Shown here piece after piece: positions 42,121 to 57,477 of a stretch of DNA of 64,000 nucleotides. Where the stretch lies: contig OX597831.1 in NCBI GenBank assembly GCA_951406725.2, forward strand, positions 6,448,001-6,512,000, read 5' to 3'. A program made the translations under genes and the position numbers. The stretch comes from Octopus vulgaris. Its lineage: Eukaryota. The notes under the pieces were generated by a model that was not told the origin of the DNA, searched no databases, and was given only the letters and a program-made list of their open reading frames with translations. Numbering within the stretch: position 1 is the first letter of the stretch; the number at the start of each line of letters is the position of its first letter.

Positions 42121-43183
42121 GGATCTCTGTACTTCAAATTTAAATCCTGCCAAGGCCAACTTTGCCCTTCAATCTGAGTTAATGAAGTACCAGGTCAATT
42201 ATTCCCTCAAAAACCCGTTATGAAGGAGTCCAAAAAAAAGAAGCATTCACAGCCCCATCAATTCTTTCCCCTTCACTCTGTCAACAGCCTCAGACTAATA
42301 GCAATAACTATTTTCTGTTGAAAGGGTTTATCAACTCCTCTAAAATAACTAGTTCTAACAGCAACCAATACATGTTTTATTTCAAAATCTTTTTTACTTT
42401 CACCAAGATTGACCTATGTGTTCTAACAATGAAATTATAAACCATTCTGAACAATATACTCAAACTCTGCTTGCCCTCTTGATTTCCAAATATATTTACA
42501 AAAACCATTCTGTGTATCTTTGTAACCCCTAACGCCCCTGTCAAGCATTCCCCTAAATGCCAGCCCTCCATCACTCTTCTGTCTATGGCACTACTTGATA
42601 GCTGTAATTATTCAGAGGCAATATCAACACACATTAACCCTCACACCTTCCTTTGAACTACCAGTTGCCACCTTTCTCACCAACCACTTTCCTCCTTTCT
42701 GTACCTTCAGCTACCTCTCTCCTCTGTCATACTCCATTTTAACACCTTACATATCTGCTATCATTCTCAGCACTCTTATATCTGCTCTGGCACTCATTGC
42801 TATCATCTTTATCTCTTTCCCAGCTATTCCTACCCACCCCTAAATAACATAAAGTAGTTATGTGTCCACTCTATATCAAGACACCTATGCTTGTCCTATC
42901 ATATTTTAAAACTACTTTCCCCTTTCAAACAGTCAACCTGCCACTTGGTAGCAAGTGCTTTTTCTTTTTTCTTACTTATTTTCTGCCTTGCAAGTTACCT
43001 GACAACTTCATTAGCACACACAATTCACACAGTGGTTGGCATTAGGAAGGTCATCCAGCTGTAGAAACCATGCTAAAGCTGGCACCAGTGCTTAGCACAG
43101 CCTTGCAGCTCATCAGATCCTTCAAACTATCCTAACAATGCCAGCAAGGAGAACAAACATTAAATCTTTTCCTAGCATCTTAA

Positions 43184-43398
43184 CCCTTTCGTTACTGTAT
43201 TTATTTTGAGATACTTTGTGTTTCTCTCAATTATTTTAAATACAACAAAGAATTTAGTAAAATAACTTAGTTATCATTAAGCTAGTGTTAGGAACATAAA
43301 TTGTGACTAAGGTTTGGTGGAAGATTTTAATTCAAAACTTATGAAAACAAGACATTTGTACTACAGAGCCAGTTTCAGCCAGGTTGGTAACGAAAGGG
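43184..43398. mobile_element. piggyBac-type MITE
   Basis: TTAA TSD on both sides and a perfect 12-bp TIR, ccctttcgttac / gtaacgaaaggg. Confidence 0.9.
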
Positions 43399-44994
43399 TT
43401 AAATCAACAGTTTATTCTAACATCTTTCTCAACTCACACAAACCAAATCCAAATCACTTCAATCCAGACAAAATGCTACATAAAACACTATTGCAACATA
43501 CAAACTGCTCCATTAAATTTGTCTTACAAGTTATCAGAAGACTAGGCTCATATAAAAATGATTTACTTTAGATATTTCTTAAAATGTAAAACCTCCACCC
43601 CCACCCCACACACCCAATTATTCTCTACATTCCACACACTTCCTGAATTTCAGAAACTAAATAACGTTTTTAAAAAATCATAAAAAAAGATAAGACTCAA
43701 TGCAAAACCAATGCATAATTGCAACCATGTATATTCTTGTCTTTTGCCTAGAACGTCTACTCCAGTTTAATATAATTACTCTGTACATCATTTTCGAAAT
43801 ATTACAAAAACAAACAATAGCTGCAGTAAAAGATAAATAAATAAAAAGTAAAAGAGTTTGATGAAACTAGAGCTGGTCTACACTGATAAACAACAGTTCC
43901 CATATTTTCTGCCATAAAAGTCAACATTAGTATACTGTGTAAACTTGTAAGCATTCAAGCAGTATGGTCACTGTCTTTCCAAATCCTGCATGGAATTTTT
44001 GGCCCTCCAAAGTTGTCTTGGGATATATAAGTCAACCTACCTTTTCCAGCTGTAAATTTTGGTCTGAAAGAATTTAACTTGTACGCATTGCTTTAAAAAC
44101 TATTGTCACTGGATTAATCTATCTACAATTGTCTTCAACCATTTAAACAGCAACAAGATCTGATAAACCAGCACACACTGTACTCTTCAGGTAACTGCCA
44201 TCCTCAACAAACTATCTCATTGCTTTATGCTAAATCTAATTCTGAAATACAGAAATAAGCTTTTCACTATTCTAAACTTAAAAACATGTAATCTGCTCTG
44301 ACCATTTTCTTTGCCATCAATCTTTCTCTCCGGTGACAACTAGTACAATTAAATACAAAATAGCCAGTATCATGACCGACTTACTTTCCAATGCTACATA
44401 CCTGTAGTAACTTGCTCTCAATAACGTTTCTGTAGCACATAATAGGAAAGCTTTTTCATAAAGACAGCCATACACATCTATTTCACTTCCTATCATTTAC
44501 ATTACACAGCAGCAACCTCATCACTTAGATTGGCAATTAATTACTTTGCAGCTCACCCTATTGTAGACTCAATAAAGGCTTTCTCTTTCTTCAGTCAAAG
44601 ATGTGTCATCTTTAGTTCTCGTTATCGCTTCTAACGACACACATTATGTGATAATAAGCTTATTCATTCCATTCACATATAATTATCCGTCAACACTAGC
44701 TGCTCAGTAATAACCTTTCAGCAGAGCAAAATTTAACATTAAAATGCAAACATAATCTCTGGAAAACAGAATATTTTTCCTATAAACAATTCCTAATTAT
44801 TAATTTCATATACCTCACTCCCTGAAACCTTTCTAAAATAGTCAAATCATTCCTTATACAAAAAACTTACAGGTTTCACAACCCATTTCTTTCCATCCAA
44901 ACAACATATTCTAACCCAAATGGGGGATGCATAAATTGCAAAATATATAAATATGTAACCACACTTGAATATATATAAAATATAAGCCACTTAA

Positions 44995-45303
44995 AGGGGA
45001 TGGAACTTGAGAAAGACGGAGACCCAGGAAGACGTGGGATGAAGTATTAAAAGGCCAATTTCAAGACACAGAGCCTTACAAAAAAGGTGACAAAGGACCG
45101 AGATATCTGGCACCTTTGCTGTACTCAAGAAGACCTGTCTGCCACAGCAGAACTGATCCCAATGCTGGTGCCACATAAAAAGCACCCAGTACACTCTGTG
45201 GAGTGTCTGGTATTAGGAAGGGCATCCGGCTGTAGAAACTATGCCAGCTCTGGTCAAACTGTCCAACCTGTGCCAACATAGAAGACAGACATTAAATGAT
45301 GAT
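44995..45303 (+). mobile_element. RTE family 1, decayed ORF end and 3'UTR
   Basis: RRRPRKTWDEVLK.., then the conserved 3' module. Confidence 0.7.
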
Positions 45304-46107
45304 AGCCCATTACATTTTCCTCATTGGAAATTTCTAAACTTGTTTTCCGCATTAATTCCATTAGATAAATATTTTGTCATTAATAGAGCAAGAGATCCAA
45401 GTTCTCCTCTACAAACTCCTCATCTATAATCCTAAACTAAATCCTGTAGGTTTTTCTTTCCTCTAACTGGTTTGTCAATGTTAAGTTGGATCTATCTTTT
45501 GATCTGGAGTGTAGTTTTACTAAGCAGTCATTGAGGAATCCCGTGTTCAATCTTCATGCACCCCCTGCCAATAATCAGTAATCTTTCACTGTCAGTTATG
45601 GCTTTATACCATTCTTTACCTTCAGGTGGTAACAGGAATCTCTGACAACCAGCAGAATAAATCTGGAGGAATTTCTTAACATTAATCATATCAAGTCAAA
45701 CAAGACAGTGTTTCTCACAGGGGAGGGCACCAAAACACAGCTGAGTTGAGGGCTACAAGGTTTCAGAAAGGGGGGCAGATTATTCTTTTACATGTCTCAG
45801 CCAAGAGGCTGCAGTCCTGCTAGAGCACCACCATACTATGTTTAAGAAGATTAAGATGGTTTTAATCGATTTAAACTTGTCCAAAACCATTGCAAAGAAG
45901 GAACATATGGATGTAAGCTACTATCTTTAAATAGGGTGACGGAGGCAAAAACTTTTATTGGGGATGGGGAGAACTCTGGTATTTATCAGGTGCAAAACTA
46001 CTGTACCAGCTGGTTTTTGGAAAATTATTCCCAGTGGAAAAAACATCCTATAAGTGAATTTTCACAGTTTAAAAAACTTTCCACAATCAATTTTATGTTT
46101 ATAATTA

Positions 46108-46500
46108 AGGGCATCCAGCTGTAGAAACTCTGCCAGATCAAGATTGGAGCCTGATGCAGCCATCTGGTTCGCCAGTCCTCAGTCAAATCATCCAACCCAT
46201 GCTAGCATGGAAAGCGGACGTTAAACGATGATGATGATGATAACAAATAAACCTCAATGTATTAAATTTCTGGTTATTTAATAAAGATATAAAAACACCA
46301 TTTGAGCGTAGCCGTTGCCAGTACCGCCTGACTGGCACTTTAAAAGCACCCACTATACTCTCGGAGTGGTTGGCATTAGGAAGGGCATCCAGCTGTAGAA
46401 ACTCTGCCAGATCAGATTGGAGCCTGGTGCAGCCAGCCCTCAGTCAAATCCTGTCAACCCATGCTAGCATAGAAAGCAGATGTTAAACGATGATGATGAT
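46108..46500 (+). mobile_element. Two tandem RTE family 1 3' ends (46108-46241, 46295-46500)
   Basis: Each has aagggcatccagctgtagaaactctgcc and a GAT tail. Confidence 0.8.
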
Positions 46501-46998
46501 TGGTGATGATAATAATAATATCGTTACTATTCTAACACCCATTCACATACATCTTAGAAACATTTTCCAGCAATTCTATTTTGAAAAGTATTTGACAGTT
46601 CTAATGTTTGGGTCTTGTATTTCACAACTGGGATGAAGTCAAAGAATTAATTTAATGTACAGTTAGCACATTAACTAGATAGTAAAAGAAATATTACAGG
46701 TATCAAAAGCGTGTGTAACTGGTCAAAATCTTTCCAGGAATGCAACTGAGTAAATTTTCAACTTAGTTTTACATCTCTTTGTTTTGTGTTAGTCTTGGCA
46801 ACAATTAGACTTTTGAGATCTTTGTCTGTTTTAACACTAAAGAGTCTCATTTTTAGCCTATGGCAACTAATGCCATATTCAATATCAGTCCTTTTGAATT
46901 AGGAACATGATCAATTACTGTTTTGAGGAAATGAGTATAATAGACTGAACTGATCCCAGAATATCACTGGTGGTTATTTCACTAAACAAAGAGATGAA

Positions 46999-48930
46999 AT
47001 CATCATTTAATGTTTATTTTCCATGCTGGCATGAGCTGGATGGTTTGACTGAAAACTGGTAAGCTGGGGAGCTGCACCAGGTTCCTATCTGATTTGGCAT
47101 GGTTTCTACAGCTTGATGCCCTTCCTAACACCAACCACTCCAAGGGTGTAGTGGATGCCTTTTTAAGTGCCGCCAGCATGGGTACCAGTTATGTAAAACT
47201 GGCATCAGCCATGACTATGATCTCACTTGGCTTGACAGGTTTTCACAAGCACGGTATATTGCCAAAAGGTCTTGGTCACTTGTCACTGCCTCCATGAGGC
47301 CCAAAGTTTGAAGGGTGCATTTTATGTGCCCCCAGCACAAGTACCAGTTATGCGACACTGGCATCGGCCACAACTACTATTTCACTTGGTTTGATGGATC
47401 TTCTCAAGCACAGCATATTGCCCAACATTTGAAGGGGTGTTTTTCATGTGTCACCAGCACAGGTGCCAGTTACCCAACACCGACACTGGCCACAGCTATG
47501 ATATCAATTGGCCTGATGGGTCTTTTCAAGCACAGCATATCGCCAAAGGTCTCGGTCACTTGTCATTGCCTCCGTGAAGCCCAACATTCAAAGATCATAC
47601 TTCACCACCTCTTCCACATGTTCCCTCCACCATAAGAGATCAGCATTTTTCCACACAGCTGTCCTCGTCCATATGCATCACATGACCATACCAGTGCAGT
47701 TGCCTCTCTTGCACAACACATCTGATGCCTCATGCCCAACTTTTCTCTTGAGATGCTTACACTGTCATGCATGCACACTGACATTGCATATCTAGTGAAT
47801 TGTCTCAAGCCTACACATGTCCTCGGCAGTGACAGCCCATGTTTCACTGCTGTGTAGCATAGCTCTTCATACTCAGGCATCATACAATCTGCCTTTCACT
47901 GTGAGGGAGAAGCCTTTTGTTACCAACACAAATAGGAGCTCTCTGAACTTTGCCCATCCTATTCTAGCAGCTACGCTCTTGAAGAATCCACCTCCACTAC
48001 TGACTTAGGTAATGGAAGCTATCAACTAATAGTTTTTCCCCCTTAGTATTTGATGGAGTCTATTTTCTATACATTTTTAGTGTTAATTTTACCTGTGCAC
48101 CTTCCATACACAAAAAATATCCTCCCTGTTAACGTTCCTCTGAGATTGCTGCACTTCTTATGTGTTCATAGCTTACACCAGGTACATCTTATGGAGTTAC
48201 TACCTACACCTTTTTTACAGATCAAGCAGGGTCATCTACCTGAAGGGATTTGCGATTTGTCTGCTCTCCTACTTAGATTTTGGTTTTTACCAGATTAACT
48301 CTATGGCCCTTTGATGCTAGACCTTGCTTCCATGCAAGAAATTTCTTCTCTAGTTCTGGTAGTGATTTGGCTACAAGAACAAGAACATCAGCATAGAGAA
48401 GCTCCCAGTGGCAGCCCACCTTAAAGTCCTCTGTTATTGCCTGGAGGACTATGATGAACAAGAGGGGGCTGAGGATTGATCCTTGATGAACTCTTACTTG
48501 TACCCTGAATTCATCACTATACTCGTTGCTAACCTTCACCTTACTGACAGCATCCCTGTACATGGCTTATACAGCTCTCACCAACCACTCATCTATCTCT
48601 AGCTTCTACATTGACCACCAAATAAGGGAGTGGGGGAACTATCAAAAGCTTTCTCCCTCTTGACAAAAGCCAGGTACAGGAGTTGATTTTGGGTGAGCTA
48701 TTTCTCCTGCAGTTGCCTAACCAGGAATATAGCACCAGTTGTGCTCCTGCATCTCATCTACACTAAATCTCTTCCTAATTAATTGGGTTATGACCCTTTC
48801 ATCACCTGGTCCAGCAATTTGATGCCTCTGTAATTATTCTTGTCAAAGGCATTACCTTTGTAGCAATTGACTATAATGCTACTACACCAATTGTTAGGTA
48901 TAACTCCCTCCGGTGACTAGGCTATAGCCT
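46999..48930 (-). mobile_element. RTE family 1 LINE, longest copy; decayed reverse transcriptase, Cys cluster, C-terminus and 3'UTR
   Basis: ORF 48273..48563 has VHQGSILSPLLF and LYADV (YADD mutated). Downstream reads SGR*PCLICKKGVGSNSIRCTWCKL*THKKCS. Multiple stops. Confidence 0.9.
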
Positions 48931-50654
48931 ACTCCAAAGTTAATCCACAAGTATTTGTAGAAGTGAGGCAAAAACAAATACTATATTGCTATCCTTAGCA
49001 TCTCCACCACTCTATAATAAGATATTAATTGCAACTGTTAACACTTTGGGGGGTGGGGTTGTCTCGTTTGACACACATTATTTGAGCAGGAAACTTTTGT
49101 TGGAGTCATCTCTGCCTATCACTTATTCAAACTTACAATGAGGTGGTACTTATTTTAGCTATGTAAGACTATTTTAAGTAATTTAAACACATTGCCTAGA
49201 AGATAATTACGCAATATGCCTCACAATTTAGATCTATCTCATTAACACTTGTACAATTTAATAAACAGAGATTAAACTTGTAAATAATGTTAAGACATAA
49301 ACAGTTTAAATACTAGATTTGCATAATACTAGATTTCCAGAGTTACAAGGGAGACAATTTACAAGAGAAGCTATCAACTGTATTATAGTCTCCAAAAACA
49401 TCTGTAGCCACTTATTGTTATATAGCCGATCTATTCACCAGTAATGAATTTAGTTTCATACATCCTCTTTCTCACACACACACATTATTTTCTAAGATAC
49501 AATCAAAAATCGACCCAACAGTTATTTTTCTATAAAGTAACAAACTGGATATTGTAACTGATATTATTGTATTACGATAATAGCATTGCATCATGTTAAC
49601 AGTTCAAAGCAAAACCAAATTCAATATAATCCAAGCTATTTTATTTTACTGTCTATTTAAAAAAAAAAAAAAACTAAATTTGCAACAAACAGAAGTTACT
49701 ATATTATTGCTTTTAACTCTATGTGTTGTAAAATAGTTGAATTTTTAAATAAAAAAAAAAAAGTGTGTTCCATGTGGCTTTCACTTAATTCTTTAATGAG
49801 CAAGATCCATGCACTTTTAAAGGTCCCACAATTAAATTTCAATAAATAGTTTACAATAGCACAGAAAACGGATGTTAAACGATGATGATGATGATGATCA
49901 GATAATCTAAGCATGACAAATGTGTACACATTTATTTTGAAAATTTCTCAATTTTTATCTATTTATATAATACCAAATTACAATTTTAATTACTAATTAA
50001 ATTACCAACACCAAAAAGGATACATAAATTTTTGGGACATTGTTCAAAAATATTTCAATATTATTTGTTAATTTTATGTTGATTTGTTTTTTTAAAGTCA
50101 TTTTATGATCCAGATGAGGACTTCCTGATTCAATTGACAAAATGTAGAACAATAAGAGATATTTTCTGTTTAGCCATAACCCATTAACAAAACAAAGATT
50201 GCACATATTTTAGACTATTTCAACAAGTTAAACTTTATGGTTTTCTGAAGTTAAAATGCTATTTATAAGTAACAGTCAAATCCAGTACATACCTGCTCTC
50301 CAACATTTAACATATTACTTACAATATTGATGGACAACTAATTACATTCCAAGCCACCACCCTCCTCCCTCCGCAGGCTACTTTTCATTTGTCCAGGATT
50401 TATAAAATAAGTACCATTAGCATAGTGGGACTTCACCACCACCAATTCATAACCCTGTGCCAGTTCCAGAAATTAATTAGTCGGTTGGCAGATTCATTAG
50501 GATATTGGACAAAATACCTGGCAGTATCTTTTCTGGCCTTTTCCAGCCTGAGTTCCCATGCCTTTCATTTTCCCCACAATCAATGAAAGTACCAGTCAAG
50601 TACTAGGGTCAGTTTAACTGGTTGCTTCCTCCACACAAATTTCTGGCTTTCTGC

Positions 50655-51160
50655 ATCACCATCGTTTAATGTCTGTTTCCCCTGTTGTCATGGGTTGGAC
50701 AGTGACAGGAGCTGGCCACTTGGAAAGCTGCCTAGGCTCCATTTTACAGGGTGCTTTTAATGTAGCACTGACACCCACAGGACTAGGATCTCTCGGCTGA
50801 GAGAGGGAGGTAGCGGACATGCCTGTATGCATGGATGGCTATGATTTTACTTAGCGTGACATAAGCTTGAGATAAGGTCCTAATCTCCTCTGTGAGGCCC
50901 AACATCTGAAGATCCTTTCTCACCACTTCATCCTCCTGGGTGTACCCCTTCCACACATTCCCTCTACAATTAGAGAATGGCACTTCTTGATTCCTACACA
51001 CCACATGACCATACCAGCACTGTCTTCTCTCTTGCATGCAATATTTGATGTCTCCTACCCATTTTTTCTCTCAAAAGACACTGTTGTACTGCACACACAC
51101 AAACATTACTCATCCAGCTGAGCCTTTTGAGTCATTGTATGTCTTTCTGCACTCATAGCT
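50655..51160 (-). mobile_element. RTE family 1, decayed ORF end
   Basis: ORF 50783..51037: ERRQCWYGHV...DEVVRKDLQMLGLTEE. Confidence 0.75.
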
Positions 51161-51368
51161 CACTTTTCTATTATTATTACAATTTTCTATTTTCTACAGA
51201 TATCATACCTCACTAGAATTTCACATAATTAAATCAGATTTAACAAAAGCTTTTTTTCTTTTATATAACTAAATTTAAATTTTCTGATTAAAAATTAAAA
51301 AAAAAAACCAAAAAAACCTAACATGCAAGATTTCGGAGCAGAAAATATTAAACAATGGATTAAATCTA

Positions 51369-52100
51369 CAGGGTGTTCAGACTAAATTTTATGATTTTGA
51401 AAAATCTGTCTCTTTTATTCAGGAACAGTCAACAGTGTTGAATATTGGAAAAGAGTTGTGTGTATCATGACGATTCCCACCAGGCATCAAAATGCTAACA
51501 TCATGACAGCTGCTCAATGCTCCGAAGATCACAAAGAGCTGTAGCACGTGTAAGATAGACAGCTACAATGGAGACTGCAAAGCCATGGCAAACAGGAAGG
51601 GGCACAGTGGGCATTCTGACTGCATCTGCACACCAGAATTCACTATGTAAAGCTGCTGGAGACTGTAGTCAAGCCCAGGCTTGCTGTTGGAAGGCCATAT
51701 GTGTGGTAGTAGGATTCAACTCCTTGCCATGCCTCTGGAAAGAGAAGTGATTGTCAGAAAATTTCTTGGATTTCACCAGCCCCAATTGTAATCCCATGGT
51801 TTACTGTGCAGGGTGTGATTGAGAAAGCTACCAACCACTCTACCTGAACACCCAGGCCAAGATCAAGGAGGTCTTCTAAGATCTTCCCAAGGTCACAGTG
51901 AGGAATGTATTCGCCAAATTCCAGAGCTGTCTTGAGGACATGATGGATGCTGAGGGCGGCTACTTTGAGTAAAATTATCTCCCAACCATTAATATAGTTG
52001 ATATTTTGGGGGGTTTTTTTAAAAATACTTTTATGTTTGGTTGGGATATTGTTTTCTTTTGTGTTTATGCAAACTGTCAAGTTTAGCTCAAACTACCTTG
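51369..52100 (+). mobile_element. Internally deleted Tc1/mariner-superfamily DNA transposon
   Basis: TA|CAGGGTGTTCAGACTAAA...TTTAGCTCAAACTACCTTG|TA degenerate TIRs. Internal remnant ENFLDFTSP-NCNPM..GVIEKATN..AKIKEVF..FQSCLEDMMDAEGGYFE* is typical of a transposase C-terminus. Confidence 0.7.
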
Positions 52101-55100
52101 TAAGTCCTTCATTCAGAGAAACAAACTTCCTTTTTTATACTTTTTTTTATATGTAAAAGAAAATTAAAAACAGTTTTACCCTCAAAATGTCAACCACAAT
52201 AATTATGTGGAAATTGAATTTTATGAAGAAACAACATCTAAAGGAATGAGAAATATTTGATCCAGTAAAATAGAAATGACAAAGTATATTTCTTTGAGAG
52301 GAGAACAAGGAGTTTCAGGGCTCAGGTGGAATAGGTTATCACATCAACTGTGTCAATATCCTGACTGTGATGCATTTTTCCTATGTGAAATTAGGGATAT
52401 CAGAAATAATAAGAGAAAGCACATTGTTCTCCAACTAGAGGAAGGAACAAGAATTGTGCTAGTCACTAAAAGCAAAATTACATAAACATCATTTCTTAGA
52501 TTAGTAGTAGCTGGTTTTAACAAAAGTAGCCAAAAGCAAAACACTTTTCAACAATCCAAACAATTTAATTTTCAGAAACCTAAATCCATGCTGCAATGAA
52601 TGAGACATATGGAAATTTCAAAAGAGTGGAAGATGATACAATTGATTATATAGGAGATACACTAAATCATAAGACTGGCAAATGCCAACAAATGAATACA
52701 TCAATTCAATGTCGAAGGGAAATAAGAAATCCAGTTGCTTGAAAACAACATGATCTGGTGAGAGAGAGATAATATAGAAAGCAAAGATCAAGTAGAATTC
52801 AACAGGGAGATATTGTGATACCAAACTTTATTCAGACATTCTAAATCCATGCCCTACAACAACAATTATCTAGAGATTGATAATGAAATAGAGATTAACA
52901 ATCAAATGTTATAGTCTGATTTAAATTATATAAATAATTGGGTTGGGACCAGCACATAGTTGGAGCGTATATCATTAATTTACTCTATGTTGTTTGCTAG
53001 TATACTGCTGTCTATCTGCAATTTCTGCTTTTTTCTTCTTCCCTGCAGTAGGCATTAAAAACAAGCACAAACTATAAGTGCATAGGCTTCCTCTACTTGA
53101 TCTAGAGCAGTTATAAACTCAAAACCTAATTCATCATATCCACTAATGTTTGTTAAGAAATTTATTTTGAAAATATTCTGCACTACTTGACAAACCGTGT
53201 GTTACAATAATGCAAATAACTGAATGACTGATTATGAACCAGCCGGTCTTACTAAATTATGATTTTAACAAACTGTCACAGTCGAATATTTTAGAGAACA
53301 GTCAGTAATTTCTTCATAAAATTAGATTGCACATTCTCTGCGTAGCTCTGGTGTTTATTTGAGGTAAGAAGACAGTCAGGCTCAAGACATGTGAAATAAT
53401 CATTAATTGCAGACATGACCAAGAATGCTAGCAAGCCTCAACAGAGAGCTTCAATTAACTGGTTGAATTTAAAATAGCAGTGCAAAATATTTCAGACTTT
53501 GTTAAATTAATTTCTTGAAAACTATTATAATTCCAACACAAAAGACAATAAAAGATAATGTATGAAAAACTATCAAACTTTATAATCAATATTCTTAACA
53601 GATAATAATATGAAAAATAATTCAGAACTTATAAATAAAAATTGTCCATTATTACTAGATTTCCTCAAAATAAACATTAAGTATTAAAATATAGTAAAAA
53701 CCCAAACTTGGAACATATTGCATTCACATTCACACACACACTTTAGAGAATGAAGCTGAAATTAGTATTTATTCTTCTTTTCACTACAGCTATGCTTGGA
53801 CACAATCAAAAAAGTTTTTCGTTTACTTAAAACCGAATTTACACATTTTTTTTCTCCGTGATTGCAAAATCCTAAATGACATTTAACCAATTTGGGGGTG
53901 TGTGTGCAAATTATAGAATAATTTAAAATCTTATGCTAAGCATGAATGAACAAAATGAATTCGTTTGTCATAGATTTCTAAATTCTTTGGAAATATTATT
54001 TCACATAAACAAATAAACCATTTCAGACATTTAAAAAAAGTCATTTATTTTCTCAATCAACTACACCACCCTTTATGCTTCACCATCATTACCACTACTC
54101 ATTTCGAAAATTAATTACCAATAATACTAAAACTAATTGCTATAGATTTCTTCAGTTTCCTTTTTTGAAAATTCGAACCATTGACAATAATACTTCACAC
54201 AATTATTTTTTTTTAAAATAAATAAACATTACTAATTATTCACGTTCGTACTATTTAACAACTTAACGTAACTCAGATTTTTGAGAGAAAAAGGCTTTCG
54301 TGTTTTTAACTAAATGAAAATATTGAAAACATTTGAAAGGTGCGTTACTTAATTTCCTCTTAACGACTGTGTCAAGATTTGGTTCGGCAAAACATTGAAC
54401 ATTAAAAGCCCTAACACAACGATTAAGGGGTTTTTTTTTTATTACACTTAGTACTATTAGAGAAAAGCCATGGCAAAAGAAAAAATGTGACACAGACTTT
54501 AAAGAATGTAGAGAAATTTTTAAGCAGCTCAGAGGAAGATTGGGGGGGGAGGGGTAACTAGCTTAGCTACAAATAGTAACAAATATATTAAACAGATCAA
54601 TGAATAAATAGGTACAATCGCTATTGAACAGTTTTGCTTGTATAACAGATGCAAAATATTGATAGCTTAACTCTTACACATAGATTATAAGTTTTGCTCA
54701 GGTTAAAAGAAAGCAGAGAGAGAGAGAGAAAATGAATAGCATGTGGCTAATTAAGTTTAATAATAATTAAAATAATCACTTGACGTGAACCAAGCGAAGG
54801 AAAACCAGTCTTTTAAACACCATTAAAACAAGTCTATTAGTCATTTGGTGAATGCAAAATATTCGAAATATTTACGGTGAAATTGAGTGAGCGAATACAC
54901 CGCCCTAAATGTCTAAACTACTGGAAATGGAATTTACAACGGGGAAAGAAACATTAATAGTAAACTGGATTAGATTTCGGGAAATAATTTCGCCTACACA
55001 CAAAGATATGTCGGTTATTAAAACATATCAATAATTACTTATATGATACTTGGACCAGAAATATCAATGTACTGTAGGGCTGGGTTTTATATTATAGTTT

Positions 55101-57446
55101 GCCTATCATCGTTTCGAGATCGATAAATAAATAGTGGGGTGGATGTAATTGACTATACCCGAGGAGGCGGTGCCCCACCATGACCCCCCTGTCCAATGAC
55201 GAACTAGTAATATAGAAGAAGAAGCCTAATTAGAAAGATCAGTTAAAACAAGTCAGAAAAGCAAGGTTAGTGTACTTATAACTAAGTAAAGGCTAGTGGA
55301 GAAGAGTATGACAAAGGAAAGAGGTCTGGAGATAGACTAACAGCTACAGTAATTAAAAAATGTCACAATACTAACAATACCAAATGACAGGTTTGTTACA
55401 ATAGGTTTGCGCCAGAGGACAAGTTTACATTGTAATTTGCCGTAATTGAGTCTTCAACAGCTGAAAAGAAATCCGATTTCGCCACAACAATCGTTTCTTA
55501 CATTCGAGTGAAACCTGCGATTCTTTTTCTTCTTCTTCGCAGAGAGAGAGAGAGAGTACTGGTTTTAGTGACCTTCATATATATTTCCCAAGAGTATTAC
55601 ATTTATTTTCTTACATAACTGATTTTAAAAGGATAGAAAAATAGTGGTATTCATGCAGGAAACTAGTAGAACGGTTCCAATTGGCAATTGAAACCAAGTT
55701 GGAAGTTCACCGAGAATTCCTCACATATGACTGTGTCTTAAGAAAACAACACAGTTTTAGAATTTATAGCCTAGGTATATCTAGGAAGCTATAATGTCCA
55801 TGTCTTTTCCCAACGACGTCACTACTATGATGAAACAGCTTTAATCGTCGTCAATCTATTTTAAATCGACTGACATAAAAAAAAAAAATCGATGTTGGGA
55901 CTCTGATGTGAACCAAACGGCAAGAAAAGACAAAGTGAAACATAAACAGATCTAAACCCAGAACCCCAGATTAGCCTCTGTGTTACTCTCGCTAGAGTGC
56001 TCCCTTTTAATTAGACTCGAAACTAGATTAAGTTTTTTTTTGTACAAAATAAAAATAAATGGATATTGTTTTTATAAAACCCTAAAAACAGGCAACTGAA
56101 AGAGATACCGGTTCAGGTCTTATTCAACCCTCATTTATTTCCGTAAGCCCTGTTGAACTTCCAATCCAACAAAGCAATTAGGCTTTTGGTTTTTTCCTTC
56201 CTTTCTTTCAACAGACACTGAGCCAAATGTAGTTTTTTTAAAAAAAGAAAAAGATTCAAGTTGTAACATTCATACATTTTCCAAAGAACAGAGGAATCCA
56301 ATTCGCCAAGTCACATGTCCTCCGTCCAGACACAAAAGTCAAACATTTGTAGAGGAATGAGATTATGATGGTGAGTTGCGATATTTAGCTACAAGTCAAT
56401 CCTAAACTACCGTTCCAGCCATGACAATCCCATCTTTTTGTGGGAGTATTTAACGCGACATATCTAATGTGCCTTTTTTTTCTTTCTTCCCCTCTCCCCT
56501 AACCCCAAGACAAGTGGATTGGAATATTTAGGACGAAGGTGCCTGCTTACTTGGCTGCTATGATTTGCTTGGAGATATCACTGCACTCACAATCACAGCA
56601 AATGACAAATATTTTCATCTGAACTAGGTTTTTTTTATTTTATTTGAAGATTTTTTTTTCTTTCGGGACGGGTCAAAAAGATTAATTTGAATAAAACTGA
56701 CAGAAAAGGGAGATGGGAGAGAGAGAGAGCTGGGACAAACTCATATTTATTGTTAACAGTAGAGAGATTATCATCCACCCGACACACAAAGCACTTCAAA
56801 GATGGAGAATACTCATATTTCTTTGATACCTCAAACATCAAGTAGAAATTCAATTCTGTTTGAAAAAAAATAATAATTTCAATAGAAATGTTCTCATTTG
56901 GCCAAGTTAAAGGAGAAGTTGAGGGAACTAAGCAAATGACTATTGTGAATAAAAGTGTGTGTAAAGAGGTGAAGTCGGAATGCGATCGGTCAGGACCTGT
57001 GAAACAATGTCACGGTCTCGTTAAACACACTAAAACAGGTTGGCTAGATTTGTAAGAATATAGATTTCTTGCATGGGAATACGGCTTCAGATTTACAAAG
57101 AAAGGTGAAATAATAAGAGAGATGTTCATCTTTTTTTTTTTCTTTTTCAAGGGCATCAACGGCGAGTGAGAAATATGGTTAACTGTGTGTGTGTGTGTGT
57201 GTCATATATATTACTATACGGAAAGGAATACCGATATCTCAATAGATATCGGATATTTTAATTTCGTCACCGATAGAAATTAATTTCTCCGATAACCTCT
57301 GGTAATTCATTAGAAATACAATTTCCTCCAAGACCAACCAACACACAAAACACCAAATCTAACATCTATGAATGGTGAAATATAAAAATCGGTAGACAAC
57401 ACTTGTACAGAAAAGAGAAATTTATTGAATATAGCAGTGTACTGGT

Positions 57447-57477
<31 letters not shown>

